Shown: positions 28,573-39,030, numbered from the stretch's first letter. The stretch is 43,636 nt of DNA from an uncultured Methanobrevibacter sp. (GCA_964583995.1 CAZOYH010000001.1:1-43636), one strand, 5' to 3'. The notes: generated by a model not told the origin, from the sequence alone. A program made the numbers and translations.

Positions 28573-29712
28573 TTATCCATAAGGACTGAAACCTTCCTCA
28601 AAGTGTTCACATAACTCTTCCAGTTTTTCTGGAATGTCTATTTTTTGAGTACAGTGGTCAAGACAGGTTCCACAGTAAGTGCATTCATCTGCAGGTACTT
28701 TTTCATCGCCCAATTTGTCGTAATATAATCTGTATATGTTGGATTCAGGCTGATTCTTGCTTGTGTTGTATAAATTGAAGTATTCAGGTATTGGAATCAT
28801 TTCAGGACAGGCATCAACACAGTATCCGCATTCACTGCATGGAACTGCAACATTTTCCCTAAGTTTTAAAGCCATCCTTTCTAAAAATTCACTTTCATCA
28901 TCACTTAACGGTTTGAAATTTTCATAGGTGTCGCAGTTATCAATCAAATCGCTCATTTTGCTCATTCCGCTTAAAACGATTTTGACATGTTCAAGTGATG
29001 CGCAGAATCTTATTGCAAAACTTGCTATTGACTTATCCGGATTAAATTCTTTAAATTCCTTTTTAATTTCATCAGAGGTATTAACAATAACTCCGCCTTT
29101 TAAGGGCTCCATCACGTAAACGTCACATCCGTGTTCAACGCATAAGTCATAGCATTTGTGGGCTTCAATTGCAGGATCTTCCCAGTCAAGGTAGTTTAGC
29201 TCCAACTGAACTATATCAAGGATGTCTCCATATTTGTCCAATACTTTGGATAATAGCTTTGAATTGTCATGAAAACTGATACCAATCTTTTTAGCTATTC
29301 CGTTCTTTTTCATTTTCTGAATGTATTCGAAGGTGTTGTTGTCTTCAGCCAGTTTTAACCATGGAACATTGATATTGTGAATAAAAAACACGTCAAAGTA
29401 GTCAATTCCGAGTCTTTCAAGCATTTCACCGACGAATTTATCATTGTCTTCAGGTGATGTCAATGCCCATGTCGGCATCTTGTCACAGATTTTAAAAGAT
29501 TCACGAGGGTATCTTTCAACCACTGCCTTTCTGATTGCCACTTCGCTTGCGCCATTGTGATAAGCATAAGATGTATCGAAGTAGTTGAATCCTTTTTCCA
29601 TGTAAATGTCAACCATTTCGTTGAATAGTTCCTGATTGATTTTGCTTGGGTTGTTTGCATCGGTTTGTGGAAGCCTCATGCAGCCAAAACCGAATTTGGA
29701 TTTGTAGTTCAT
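28573..29712 (-). CDS. Aldo/keto reductase with C-terminal 4Fe-4S dicluster
   Basis: FGFGCMRLP, YFDTSYAYH, MEPLKGG, VLSGMS, CSECGYCVDACP, CTYCGTCLDHC; ATG 29712 after GAGGAG. Confidence 0.92.
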   Translation of the reverse strand: MNYKSKFGFGCMRLPQTDANNPSKINQELFNEMVDIYMEKGFNYFDTSYAYHNGASEVAIRKAVVERYPRESFKICDKMPTWALTSPEDNDKFVGEMLERLGIDYFDVFFIHNINVPWLKLAEDNNTFEYIQKMKKNGIAKKIGISFHDNSKLLSKVLDKYGDILDIVQLELNYLDWEDPAIEAHKCYDLCVEHGCDVYVMEPLKGGVIVNTSDEIKKEFKEFNPDKSIASFAIRFCASLEHVKIVLSGMSKMSDLIDNCDTYENFKPLSDDESEFLERMALKLRENVAVPCSECGYCVDACPEMIPIPEYFNLYNTSKNQPESNIYRLYYDKLGDEKVPADECTYCGTCLDHCTQKIDIPEKLEELCEHFEEGFSPYG

Positions 29713-29774
29713 AGTAATCTCCTCATTATTATTTTTAGTTGAAAAATATTTAAATGTTGTTAATATCAACAATA

Positions 29775-30875
29775 TCAGTCGTGGGCTTCAAGCAGATATA
29801 CTGGAGGCAGTAATTCTGCAACATCAACTCCCTCATTTTTATCTTTTTTCCTTTTTTTAGGAATATAACTCTTTTTTAATGCTTTTTTAAATATTTCAGA
29901 TAATATTGCAACTCCATTATTTTCAATGAACAGCTGCAAATCATTTTTTTCAGGATTTCTAAATGTACATATGATTTCTAAAAACTGTTTTTCAGTGTGA
30001 AAACAAGTTGAATAAAGTAAAAATAAATCCCAATCATCAGGAGGATATTTTTTAATTAAATTTGGGGATTTTAAATAATTATTAACTGAATTTAAATTGG
30101 TCAAAACTTCAATACCTTTTTTGGTGTAGTTTCCAAGGTATTTGTCATAATTTAAAACAAGGAAGAAATATGTAATCAGCAGTAATCCCTGAATTAGACA
30201 AGTAAAAACATTCTGCACCAGAAACAAAGTGACTCCTGCATATGTGATAATCATTATTGTAATTATAACTAAAAAGTTTCTGTTTATCCGGGAGAAATAT
30301 TTGCCTTCTTTTACAGGATTCTTTTTTTCTACAAGCACTCTCCAATTTTCAAATCCTCTTTGAAACTTTTTGATTGTGGAAATGTTATTTAATTGTTCAT
30401 CCAATGACTTGAAATTAACCTCAGTTTTATCAAATATCCTTAAAATATCAATAATAAGTTTATCAGTTGATTTGATGTTTTTTAAATTGTTTTTGTTAAT
30501 TTTTAATGTGATTTTTTCTTTTGAATCATTTAAGTTTTCATTGATTTTTACATTGATGAAATTTTCCTTAATCAGTCTTGTAATTTCTATTACTAATCCG
30601 TAAGAAGTGATAATATTTTCAGTTCTGGTCAATTTGGTATTATATAATCCATGGACATAAGACAAATCCCTTGTCAATGGAACCTTAAAGTTTATATCGT
30701 TGGATAGGGATTTGATTTCATTTCTTTTTGTGATGGCAGTAATTGTTGGAATCAAAATAAGAATTACTGATATCACACAGATTATATTTGAAACATAATT
30801 GTCTGATAGGATTGTAAGTATAATAAATATAATCAGTGAAAGAATGGCAATTGAGATTATTTCAATTTTTTCCAT
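29775..30875 (-). CDS. Membrane protein resembling the C-terminal part of DUF2207
   Basis: Two TM pairs; YTKKG......L....NYL......KYPP..WD.FLLY block; very AT-rich. Confidence 0.6.
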   Translation of the reverse strand: MEKIEIISIAILSLIIFIILTILSDNYVSNIICVISVILILIPTITAITKRNEIKSLSNDINFKVPLTRDLSYVHGLYNTKLTRTENIITSYGLVIEITRLIKENFINVKINENLNDSKEKITLKINKNNLKNIKSTDKLIIDILRIFDKTEVNFKSLDEQLNNISTIKKFQRGFENWRVLVEKKNPVKEGKYFSRINRNFLVIITIMIITYAGVTLFLVQNVFTCLIQGLLLITYFFLVLNYDKYLGNYTKKGIEVLTNLNSVNNYLKSPNLIKKYPPDDWDLFLLYSTCFHTEKQFLEIICTFRNPEKNDLQLFIENNGVAILSEIFKKALKKSYIPKKRKKDKNEGVDVAELLPPVYLLEAHD

Positions 30876-30965
30876 ATTACTATTTTCTTGCTCTCGTATT
30901 AAATACTTTTATAAATAAACAAAGCTAAAATTATAATATTAATATTTATTTTAGGTGTAATAAAA

Positions 30966-31343
30966 ATGCATGAATTATCTATGGCTCAAGGCATTATCAA
31001 TGCAGTTTTAGATACTGCTGAGGCAAATAATGCAACTGAAGTTAACGAAGTCACAGTGGAAGTTGGAAGACTTGCTATGATTAATCCGGAACAATTGCAG
31101 TTTATTTTAGGTGTTTTAATTGAAAACACAATAATAGAGGATGCGGAAATCAAGTTTGAAGAAATTCCTGCTGAAGTCGATTGTTCTGATTGTAATTTCC
31201 ATGGTGATGCTGTTTTAGACGATAGCGATCACTATGCTCCAATTGTAAAATGCCCAGAATGTGGTAGTTTAAGTGTGGAAATATTAAATGGAAAAGACAT
31301 TGTTGTTAAAAATATTGTTATTGAAAAACCTGATGATTCTTAA
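30966..31343 (+). CDS. hypA: Hydrogenase maturation nickel metallochaperone HypA
   Basis: MHELSMA start, CSDC and CPECGS zinc motifs. Confidence 0.96.
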   Translation: MHELSMAQGIINAVLDTAEANNATEVNEVTVEVGRLAMINPEQLQFILGVLIENTIIEDAEIKFEEIPAEVDCSDCNFHGDAVLDDSDHYAPIVKCPECGSLSVEILNGKDIVVKNIVIEKPDDS

Positions 31344-31361
31344 TTAAACGGAGGAGAAAAT

Positions 31362-32018
31362 ATGCACCAAGTAGCTGATGTAGAAGTAGCAAAAAATATT
31401 ATGGACGCTAATAAAAGATTAGCAGACAGAAACTTAAAAAACTTAGAGGAAAAAGGAATATTCTGTGTTGATTTTGTAGGAGCAATAGGTTCCGGTAAAA
31501 CAACATTAATAGAAGAAATAATTGACAATACTGATTATAAAATAGGCGTTCTTGCAGGGGATGTAATTTCCAAATTCGATGCAGGACGTATTGAAGCTCA
31601 CAATGTTCCAGTTGAAGGCCTAAACACTGGTAAAGAATGCCACCTGGATGCTCACTTGGTAGGTCACGGTCTTGAACATTTACCATTGGATGACCTTGAT
31701 ATGGTTATCATTGAAAACGTTGGTAACTTAATCTGTCCTGTTGACTTTGAACTCGGTTCCCACATGAGAATGGTTGTAATTAGTGTCACTGAAGGTGATG
31801 ACACTGTAGAAAAGCACCCAATCATATTCCAAACTTCCGATGTAATAATCATTAACAAGATTGACTTGGCTGATGCTGTCGGTGCAGATGTAGACAAAAT
31901 GGTGGCAGATGCTAAAAAATTAAATCCTAAAGTTAAAATTATCACAACTAACCTAAAAGATGGTAAAGGATTGGATGATGTTATTCAAGTTATAAAAGAG
32001 AAAAAAGAAAGTTTATAA
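31362..32018 (+). CDS. hypB: Hydrogenase nickel incorporation GTPase HypB
   Basis: GAIGSGKT, ECHLDA, ENVGNLICP, VTEGDD, NKID. Confidence 0.96.
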   Translation: MHQVADVEVAKNIMDANKRLADRNLKNLEEKGIFCVDFVGAIGSGKTTLIEEIIDNTDYKIGVLAGDVISKFDAGRIEAHNVPVEGLNTGKECHLDAHLVGHGLEHLPLDDLDMVIIENVGNLICPVDFELGSHMRMVVISVTEGDDTVEKHPIIFQTSDVIIINKIDLADAVGADVDKMVADAKKLNPKVKIITTNLKDGKGLDDVIQVIKEKKESL

Positions 32019-32038
32019 TTTAGTTTATTGGTGGTTTC

Positions 32039-33070
32039 ATGAAAGTATGGATAGATATTTCAAATGCTCCTCATGCAAGGTTTTTTAAAGATGTAATAAA
32101 GTATCTTGAAGCTGAAGGTGAGGATGTAATTGTCACAGCAAGGCAATTCGGTGATATCCATAAATTACTTGATATATATGAAATTGACTATATATCTGTT
32201 GGAAAACATGGTGTAACGCTTTATGACAAGTTAAGGGAAAGTACTCAAAGGGTATATAATCTCGTAGACATTATACATGATGAAAAGGTGGATGTTGCCC
32301 TTAGCAAGCATTCCATTGAACTTCCAAGAATCACATTCGGTTTGGGAATTCCCAGTTTATATGTTCTTGATAATGAACATGCACTTGCCGCTAACAAACT
32401 GACCCTTCCGCTTTGTGACAGAATCATTACTCCAAATAGCATAGACTTTTGGAAACTGATGAAATTCGGAGCAGACCCGAACACTATCATTCCATATGAC
32501 GGAACCTCTGAACTTATGCACTTTAAAAGCTTTGTTTATAATGATAACATTTTTGACGATTTGAATTTAGAATTGACTCATCCCAAAACTATTTTAATGA
32601 GACCTGAACCGTCACTGGCATCATACCTTGATGCGGACTGCAGAAAATCAGTTTTATCTCCAATAGTTGATGAGTTGAAAAATGTTGCCAACATTCTTAT
32701 TCTTCCAAGATTTAAGGAGCAAGCGGAAATATTTGAAGGAATTGAAAATGTTTCAATTTTAAAGCCGCCGGTTGACACATCAAGTATTATCAAAAAATGT
32801 GATTTGGTTATTGGTGCTGGTGGAACAATGAACAGGGAGTCTGCAATACTGCAAACTCCAGTTATCTCATGTTATCCTGGTGAAACATTATCTGTTGACC
32901 AGTATTATATCAATAAGGGTTTGATGTATAGGTCAAATGATACTGATGAGGTTATTCATAAGGCTTTGGAATTTATCGTTCATCCTCACAAAAAAATTGA
33001 TGTAAAAACTGATGATTTGTTCCAGATTATTATAGATAATTTATATGATTTGGCTAAAAATGGCAAATAG
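32039..33070 (+). CDS. DUF354-family protein (GT-B glycosyltransferase-like)
   Basis: MKVWIDISNAPH, DNEHA, ILMRPEP..ASY, IGAGGTMNRES. Confidence 0.88.
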   Translation: MKVWIDISNAPHARFFKDVIKYLEAEGEDVIVTARQFGDIHKLLDIYEIDYISVGKHGVTLYDKLRESTQRVYNLVDIIHDEKVDVALSKHSIELPRITFGLGIPSLYVLDNEHALAANKLTLPLCDRIITPNSIDFWKLMKFGADPNTIIPYDGTSELMHFKSFVYNDNIFDDLNLELTHPKTILMRPEPSLASYLDADCRKSVLSPIVDELKNVANILILPRFKEQAEIFEGIENVSILKPPVDTSSIIKKCDLVIGAGGTMNRESAILQTPVISCYPGETLSVDQYYINKGLMYRSNDTDEVIHKALEFIVHPHKKIDVKTDDLFQIIIDNLYDLAKNGK

Positions 33071-33112
33071 TTTTTTATATTAAGATATTCAAATATTTAA
33101 TATGGTATGTAT

Positions 33113-33185
<73 letters not shown>

Positions 33186-33225
33186 TTTATAATTTTTTAA
33201 ATAAAAACTTAATTGTGATTAAAAC

Positions 33226-34308
33226 ATGTTGTTAATTGCTCAAAATCATTTTCAGTTTATTATAGAAGTCGGATTAATGCTTTTTGTAACAATGGTATTT
33301 GCTCTAAACTTAATACCTTTATCATTAAGTGTTGTTACATTTTTATCATTATTCCTGATGGGTGGTTTCACACTTCTTTTCGGAGCAGATATTGTACTTC
33401 TGTTTATATCTTCGAGTCAGGCTGAATTTACTCACCCATTCGGACCAATTGCATTATTGGGTACTGTTGCTGCTCTTGCTTCGCTGAAGGTAATGAAGGA
33501 ATCGGGCGTGGATATACGACCTTTAAGAAGATTCGTAATATTGTTCCTTGCGGGTATTACAATATTCGGTGGATTAATGCACAGGTCATTTTTAATTTTA
33601 TGGTTAATCGGTCTTTTCTTCGGTTATTTAATCATTTCCAAATCTTTCAGGGAAAGATCTGTTTTTACAATGAGAAGAATTGGAATGTTTTTAGGAGCAG
33701 CAGGTATAGGATTTGTTCTTCTGGAATTGGTTGCTCGTATCACTGGAATGACAGTCTTTTCACCGCTTTTAAGATTAGGTAGGATTGAACAGTATTCCCT
33801 GTCAAGTATTAAGACAGTACTGAATAATATTCAGTTGATAGGACACAATGCCCAAGCATCTTATTGGGGAGCAGAAGGAACGGCTTTTGCTGAAGGATAT
33901 ATTACCCTGCCGATGCAACTGGTTTTATTCTTTGGTCTTCCATTCCCGATGTTTTTCGGAGTTCTTGTTAACCAAAAAGATACAATCGATTATATGCTTC
34001 CTGGACTATTCGGATACGGTTTTGACTTTGGAATACTAGGTTTGGCATTACTAGTAATATTCATACTTGGAACAATTGGCATCGGTTTTAAAATATTGAC
34101 AATGTACAGAGAAAAAAGAGAAAAGAACAACAAGAAATACTTGGGAAGAGAAGTATTATTAACAGGAGCTCTTGCAGCTTTCTGTTCTCAGGCATTAATT
34201 GGACTATTTGTATTTAACAGAACAATTAATGGTATGGCATTATTCACATTCTTATTTGTCGGTTCATTGATATTGGCTAATGTAGTTTCATTAAAATCAA
34301 GATCATAG
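33226..34308 (+). CDS. Polytopic membrane protein, function unknown
   Basis: About 10 hydrophobic segments with one larger loop; first gene of a tightly packed operon. Confidence 0.8.
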   Translation: MLLIAQNHFQFIIEVGLMLFVTMVFALNLIPLSLSVVTFLSLFLMGGFTLLFGADIVLLFISSSQAEFTHPFGPIALLGTVAALASLKVMKESGVDIRPLRRFVILFLAGITIFGGLMHRSFLILWLIGLFFGYLIISKSFRERSVFTMRRIGMFLGAAGIGFVLLELVARITGMTVFSPLLRLGRIEQYSLSSIKTVLNNIQLIGHNAQASYWGAEGTAFAEGYITLPMQLVLFFGLPFPMFFGVLVNQKDTIDYMLPGLFGYGFDFGILGLALLVIFILGTIGIGFKILTMYREKREKNNKKYLGREVLLTGALAAFCSQALIGLFVFNRTINGMALFTFLFVGSLILANVVSLKSRS

Positions 34309-34320
34309 GAGAGTAGTTTT

Positions 34321-34779
34321 ATGAAAGCTTTAGTTTTACTCGGATGTCCTGAAACTCCATCTCAAACTCCGATGGCAGTTTATGTTTTTAATAAATTAAC
34401 AAAAATGGGTTATGACGTTACAATCGCTGCAAACCCTGCAGCTTCAAAACTGGTGAAAATATCTGATCCTGAAGGATTTTACAATCTCAATCTCGTGGAT
34501 TTGGAGAGAACTTTGGGAGACATTAATCAAGGAGACTATGATTTATTAGTTGGATTTGTCCACAAGGATGCAGCAGCATCATTTTTCGTAACCTTTGACC
34601 AGATTCTGCAGACCAAATCCCTTGCACTTGTATTTTCAAGGGATGCGGATGAAGTGGCTGAATTTGTTAGTATGATTGAAGAAAGCGGAAGCAATGCCAA
34701 AATCACTGCTGTTAGAGCTTTCCATAATCCTTCACCGATTAAAGTTAAATTTGACAAAGCAATCAAGGAGTTTGAATAA
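34321..34779 (+). CDS. DUF1890-family protein
   Basis: LLGCPE.P.Q, AANPAA.KL..SDP...Y, GFVHKDA, AFHNP. Confidence 0.85.
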   Translation: MKALVLLGCPETPSQTPMAVYVFNKLTKMGYDVTIAANPAASKLVKISDPEGFYNLNLVDLERTLGDINQGDYDLLVGFVHKDAAASFFVTFDQILQTKSLALVFSRDADEVAEFVSMIEESGSNAKITAVRAFHNPSPIKVKFDKAIKEFE

Positions 34780-35094
34780 ATGTCATTCTGTTTAGATACT
34801 TACCTTCAACAATCTGATAACTATGAGATACATGCTTCAAAAGCAGGTTTTAAAGACTGTGCAATGATTATCAGATACAAAGCTGATGATATTGTATATA
34901 TTAAACCTGGAGACCAGGTTTTAGGCGTTCGTGTTATTGGAATTCCACCAATACCAATTGGATTTGACCATGAAAAGGGAACTGTTTTTTTACCATATAC
35001 AAAACCGTGTCATGGAACATCTGTTGTTGAACTGCCGATTTCTGAAGAAGAAGTTGAAAATATCAGAAAATTAGACACCGGTAATAAAAAATGA
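34780..35094 (+). CDS. DUF1894-family protein
   Basis: PG..VLGVRVIGIPPIPIG, PYTKPCHGT; coupled to DUF1890 (TAAATG). Confidence 0.85.
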   Translation: MSFCLDTYLQQSDNYEIHASKAGFKDCAMIIRYKADDIVYIKPGDQVLGVRVIGIPPIPIGFDHEKGTVFLPYTKPCHGTSVVELPISEEEVENIRKLDTGNKK

Positions 35095-36035
35095 AATCAA
35101 CAGTTGTAGGTAGTTTTCCAGCTAGTGAAAGCTCTCCATCTAATTTTAAAGAGAAACTGTTAAATAGTTTCGGTTCTTTTGACCCATTTAAACAAGCTAT
35201 AAAAGATAGTGTTATTGCCCAGCTTGATGCAGGGGTAGATATAATCTCAGACGGTCAGGTCAGAGGAGATATGGTTTCTATTTTTACAAAATATATTCCG
35301 GGAATGAAAATTGAGGAAGGAAATACTTTTATTGTCTCAAAAATCAGAAAACCTACTCGAGAGATTTCTATTGACGATTTAAAATATGCCAAAAAGGTAA
35401 TGAACGATTATTATAATGGAAATATTCCTGAAGGATGTGGTGTAAAGGGAATAATTACAGGTCCAAATACAATCATTCATTCATCAAGAATTCAAGGTTT
35501 TTACAAAAACAAGGAAGATGCAATCCTTGATTTGGCACATTCCCTTAAATTTGAAGTAGATGCAATAGCCAAGAAGGTCGAACCAGTATATATACAGGTG
35601 GATGAACCGTTTCTCTCAACAGGCATGGTTGAGATGAAAACAGCCCGTGAAGCTATTGATATAATAAAGGATGGATTGGAAGTTCCATTGGGAATGCATG
35701 TCTGCGGACTTTTAAACAATGCATTTAAAGACCTGGTCAAATTCAACGTCGACATATTGGATATGGAATTTGCAGGAAACAACGTTAATTTAGGTGTTTT
35801 AGAAGAAAATGCTTCATTGTTTTTAAATAAAAAAGTAGGATTTGGATGTGTGGATTCATCTGTTAATGAAGTCGATGATGTTAATGATGTTGATGAGTTA
35901 GTTAAAAAAGCCATTGAAATAGTTGGAAAAGATAATCTGCTTTTAGATCCGGATTGCGGACTTAGAAGAGCACCAAAAGATGTGGCATTTGAAAAACTAA
36001 AACTGATGAATGAAATCAAAGATAAATACAGCTAA
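35091..36035 (+). CDS. metE: Single-domain (archaeal) MetE-type methionine synthase / methylcobalamin:homocysteine methyltransferase
   Basis: TVVGSFP, AG.DIISDGQVR, ITGP.T, QVDEP, HVCG, PDCGLR zinc ligands; 314 aa equals the C-terminal barrel only. Confidence 0.9.
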   Translation: MKSTVVGSFPASESSPSNFKEKLLNSFGSFDPFKQAIKDSVIAQLDAGVDIISDGQVRGDMVSIFTKYIPGMKIEEGNTFIVSKIRKPTREISIDDLKYAKKVMNDYYNGNIPEGCGVKGIITGPNTIIHSSRIQGFYKNKEDAILDLAHSLKFEVDAIAKKVEPVYIQVDEPFLSTGMVEMKTAREAIDIIKDGLEVPLGMHVCGLLNNAFKDLVKFNVDILDMEFAGNNVNLGVLEENASLFLNKKVGFGCVDSSVNEVDDVNDVDELVKKAIEIVGKDNLLLDPDCGLRRAPKDVAFEKLKLMNEIKDKYS

Positions 36036-36052
36036 TTTTTGAGGATATTTTA

Positions 36053-36580
36053 ATGGATAAGAACTGTCCAAATTGTGGTGTTAGATTAGAAAAAGATGAT
36101 CCATTCTGTCCAAATTGCGGTGCTAAGGTCAAATCATCTAAAAGGAAATATTTAATTGTTATTTTCATAATTGTAATTGTATTGATTGGTTTAGTTACAT
36201 TTTCTTTTTTAAATAACCAGACACAAATTGTTAAGGTGGATAATGTGGAATTTGAAATTCCTTCAGATTATTCTAATGTGCCGTCAAGAACAGAAGTAAA
36301 CTATGATGCAGGTGTAAAGTCAAGTTCTATGGGCTGGAGCAATGATGAAAACTATATTGAAATTGGTGTTACAAGAACGCCCGGCGCTGGAATAAACAGT
36401 AATGAAGTTGCAGCCAGTTTAGGTGGTTCACCTACAAAAATGTTTGGTTATTCTGGTTATTATCAAAAATACGATGAAGAAAGCTATTCATTTGTTTTTG
36501 GAATGAAAGACAAGGTTTGTATGGTATATGTTTCTGATTATGATGCATTTAGTGATGTTAAAGTAATTAGTTCCGATTAA
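36053..36580 (+). CDS. Zinc-ribbon membrane-anchored protein
   Basis: CPNCG...FCPNCG, one TM helix, extracellular domain starting V..VEFEIP. Confidence 0.85.
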   Translation: MDKNCPNCGVRLEKDDPFCPNCGAKVKSSKRKYLIVIFIIVIVLIGLVTFSFLNNQTQIVKVDNVEFEIPSDYSNVPSRTEVNYDAGVKSSSMGWSNDENYIEIGVTRTPGAGINSNEVAASLGGSPTKMFGYSGYYQKYDEESYSFVFGMKDKVCMVYVSDYDAFSDVKVISSD

Positions 36581-36697
36581 TTTTTAGAGATGGGCATGTT
36601 TAGATTCAATTCAATAGTATTATATAATTTATAGTATAATATTATAAATGTATATATTTTTCATATAAACTAGATTAAAATTTGGAGGAAATACTAT

Positions 36698-39007
36698 ATG
36701 AAGATTAACAAAGTAATATTATTAATTTCATTAATCTTTGTTTCAATGATTGCTGTTAGTGCAGTTAGCGCTACAGATGATGTTGGTGATATTGCCGTTT
36801 CTGAAATTGATAATTCAGATGTAATATCAGTTTATAGTGAAACATCAGATATTGATGATTCAGACATCATATCTGCAGATAGCGAAGATGGTGCAGTAAG
36901 TATTGATGAGTCAAATGTCATACTTACGGGCAATGAAAATAAACCTGCAATCATCAACGATTCTGAAATCTTGTCTACAAACACAGAAAATGAACCTGGT
37001 GATGTTGGAGCTAGTGAAGATGAGAATGTTATTGGAGAAGATGAAAATTCAGCAAATGATTATGTTTTTGATCTTTCTGAATTGTTGAATGGAACTGGAA
37101 TCAGCTTTGAAAATGGCATCCTTGATTTATCCGGATTGTTGAACAAAACAGGCATTACCTTTGAAAACGGCACAATTGATTTATCAAATTTATTGAATGA
37201 TGAAAGTATTGATTTGTTAGATTTATTAAATGTTATTGGACTAGATAATGTGGGCATTGACTTATCCGGTTTGTTTAATGGCACAATGGTTGATTTACCT
37301 GGGCTTTTAAATGGTGAAGGTGTCACCTTTAATAACGGCACTCTTGATTTTTCAAGTCTTTTAAACGGAACAGGAATCAAATTCATGAATGATACCTTAA
37401 TTGATTTAGCAGATTTATTTAACGGAACCGGATTTAGCCTTGTAAACGGTACTCTTGACTTGTCTGGAATAATTGATGGTCTCACAATTGACTTGTCTAA
37501 ACTGTTAAACGAAACTGGAATTACTTTTACAGGCAGTGCAATTGACTTATCCGACTTATTGGATGGAACTGATATTAGCTTTAACGGTACAAGTATTGAT
37601 TTGTCAAAAATATTGGATAAAATAGGATTGGAAAATTATACTACTATGAATTTAACTAACTTTTTGGATACCTTTGGTCTTGGCGATGAATTTGAATTAT
37701 CAGATTTCTTAAATGTGATGGGATTTAACACTTCAAACATTGACTTATCTAATTTATTAAATAGTACTAAAATTAACATATCTAATTTTTTAAATGGAAC
37801 CCATATAGATTTAACTGCATTTGAAGGTGTTGGAATCGATTTCATTAATGGTACTATGATTGACTTAAACGGTCTTTTAAATAAAACTGGAATTAATCTA
37901 ATCAATGGAAGTATCATTGATTTAAGTGGGTTATTTAACATAACTGGAATAGGTTTTATAAACGATACTGCAGTTAATTTAACTGAATTTGTAAACAACC
38001 TTAAAAAATTAACTGCACTGTTTGAAAACATAACTTCCAATCTAAAGAATATGACAGATACACTTGAATCAAATTTAAGTGATTTATATGAAAATATTAC
38101 TTCCCAAATAGCTAATTTCACAAACAATCTTAATTTAAACCTTTCTACAATTTTAAACTATATTGATGCAGATTCACCTTTATTAAAATACATTAATGTA
38201 GATATAGCAGGTTTATTAAAAGATGCTAAGATAGATTTACCTACCTTAATAAAATATGCAAATATGGACTTGCCTACACTGTTAGAAAATATTGATATAG
38301 ATTTGCCTACTTTATTGAATCACACTAGCATAGATTTACCTGGATTGCTAAATGATACGGAATCTGTGGTTTTTGATTTAATAAAAAATGGATTTGATTT
38401 AAACAGTTTAATAAAACAGGCAAATTCCAGTGTTTCTAATTTAATAGATAGTATAATAGAAAAAGCTATGGGAAATCAAACTGAATCTGTCAAACAGTAT
38501 TCAATAGTTGCTTCTGATTTAACCAAATACTACACTAAATCCACAACATTCAAAGTTTCTGTTAATTATGGAGATGAACTCGTAACTGAAGGTAATGTAG
38601 TATTTACTATCAATAATAAAAAGTATGTTGGTTCCATTGGAAGCAATGGTGTATCATCTCTGAATTTGAAAAATCTAAAACCTGGAAAATATAATGTTTA
38701 TATTAACTATGGTCCAGTCACAGTTAAAAAGATGATTACAGTAAAAAAAGCTGTTATAACCAAAAATGTATCTAAAAAATACAACAAAGCTGGAAAATTC
38801 ACTGTTAAAGTCCTGAATAGTAAAGGAAAAGCCTATGCAAAACAGACTGTAACAATCAAGTTCAAGGGTAAAACCTACAAAATAAAGACTAATAAAAATG
38901 GAATTGCGACCTTTAAATTATCCAAAAAATTGAAAGTCGGCAAATACACAATAAAAACAACTTATGAAGGTTTGACCTTGTCAAATAAAGTTACAGTTAC
39001 AAGATAA
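36698..39007 (+). CDS. Adhesin-like surface protein with internal Leu/Asn/Gly-rich repeats and C-terminal Ig-like domains
   Basis: Signal peptide ending VSAVSA, acidic linker, repeats, Lys-rich C-terminus (FTVKVLN.KGK...KT.KNG.AT...LKVGKYTI.T.Y); GGAGG RBS. Confidence 0.9.
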   Translation: MKINKVILLISLIFVSMIAVSAVSATDDVGDIAVSEIDNSDVISVYSETSDIDDSDIISADSEDGAVSIDESNVILTGNENKPAIINDSEILSTNTENEPGDVGASEDENVIGEDENSANDYVFDLSELLNGTGISFENGILDLSGLLNKTGITFENGTIDLSNLLNDESIDLLDLLNVIGLDNVGIDLSGLFNGTMVDLPGLLNGEGVTFNNGTLDFSSLLNGTGIKFMNDTLIDLADLFNGTGFSLVNGTLDLSGIIDGLTIDLSKLLNETGITFTGSAIDLSDLLDGTDISFNGTSIDLSKILDKIGLENYTTMNLTNFLDTFGLGDEFELSDFLNVMGFNTSNIDLSNLLNSTKINISNFLNGTHIDLTAFEGVGIDFINGTMIDLNGLLNKTGINLINGSIIDLSGLFNITGIGFINDTAVNLTEFVNNLKKLTALFENITSNLKNMTDTLESNLSDLYENITSQIANFTNNLNLNLSTILNYIDADSPLLKYINVDIAGLLKDAKIDLPTLIKYANMDLPTLLENIDIDLPTLLNHTSIDLPGLLNDTESVVFDLIKNGFDLNSLIKQANSSVSNLIDSIIEKAMGNQTESVKQYSIVASDLTKYYTKSTTFKVSVNYGDELVTEGNVVFTINNKKYVGSIGSNGVSSLNLKNLKPGKYNVYINYGPVTVKKMITVKKAVITKNVSKKYNKAGKFTVKVLNSKGKAYAKQTVTIKFKGKTYKIKTNKNGIATFKLSKKLKVGKYTIKTTYEGLTLSNKVTVTR
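37070..37985 (+). repeat. Coding tandem repeat, about 18-19 aa unit (DLSxLLNxTGIxFxNGTI)
   Basis: DLSELLNGTGISFENGIL, DLSGLLNKTGITFENGTI, DLPGLLNGEGVTFNNGTL, DFSSLLNGTGIKFMNDTLI, DLADLFNGTGFSLVNGTL and further copies. Confidence 0.85.
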
Positions 39008-39030
39008 GTTTTGTATTAAAAATCTTTGAC

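Noticed and set aside
35501-38127. Long antisense ORFs (35501-36019, 37060-37485, 37636-38127) and other short overlapping ORFs in the track
   Set aside because: They lie opposite or out of frame within well-supported genes, lack RBS and motifs, and are explained as codon-bias shadows
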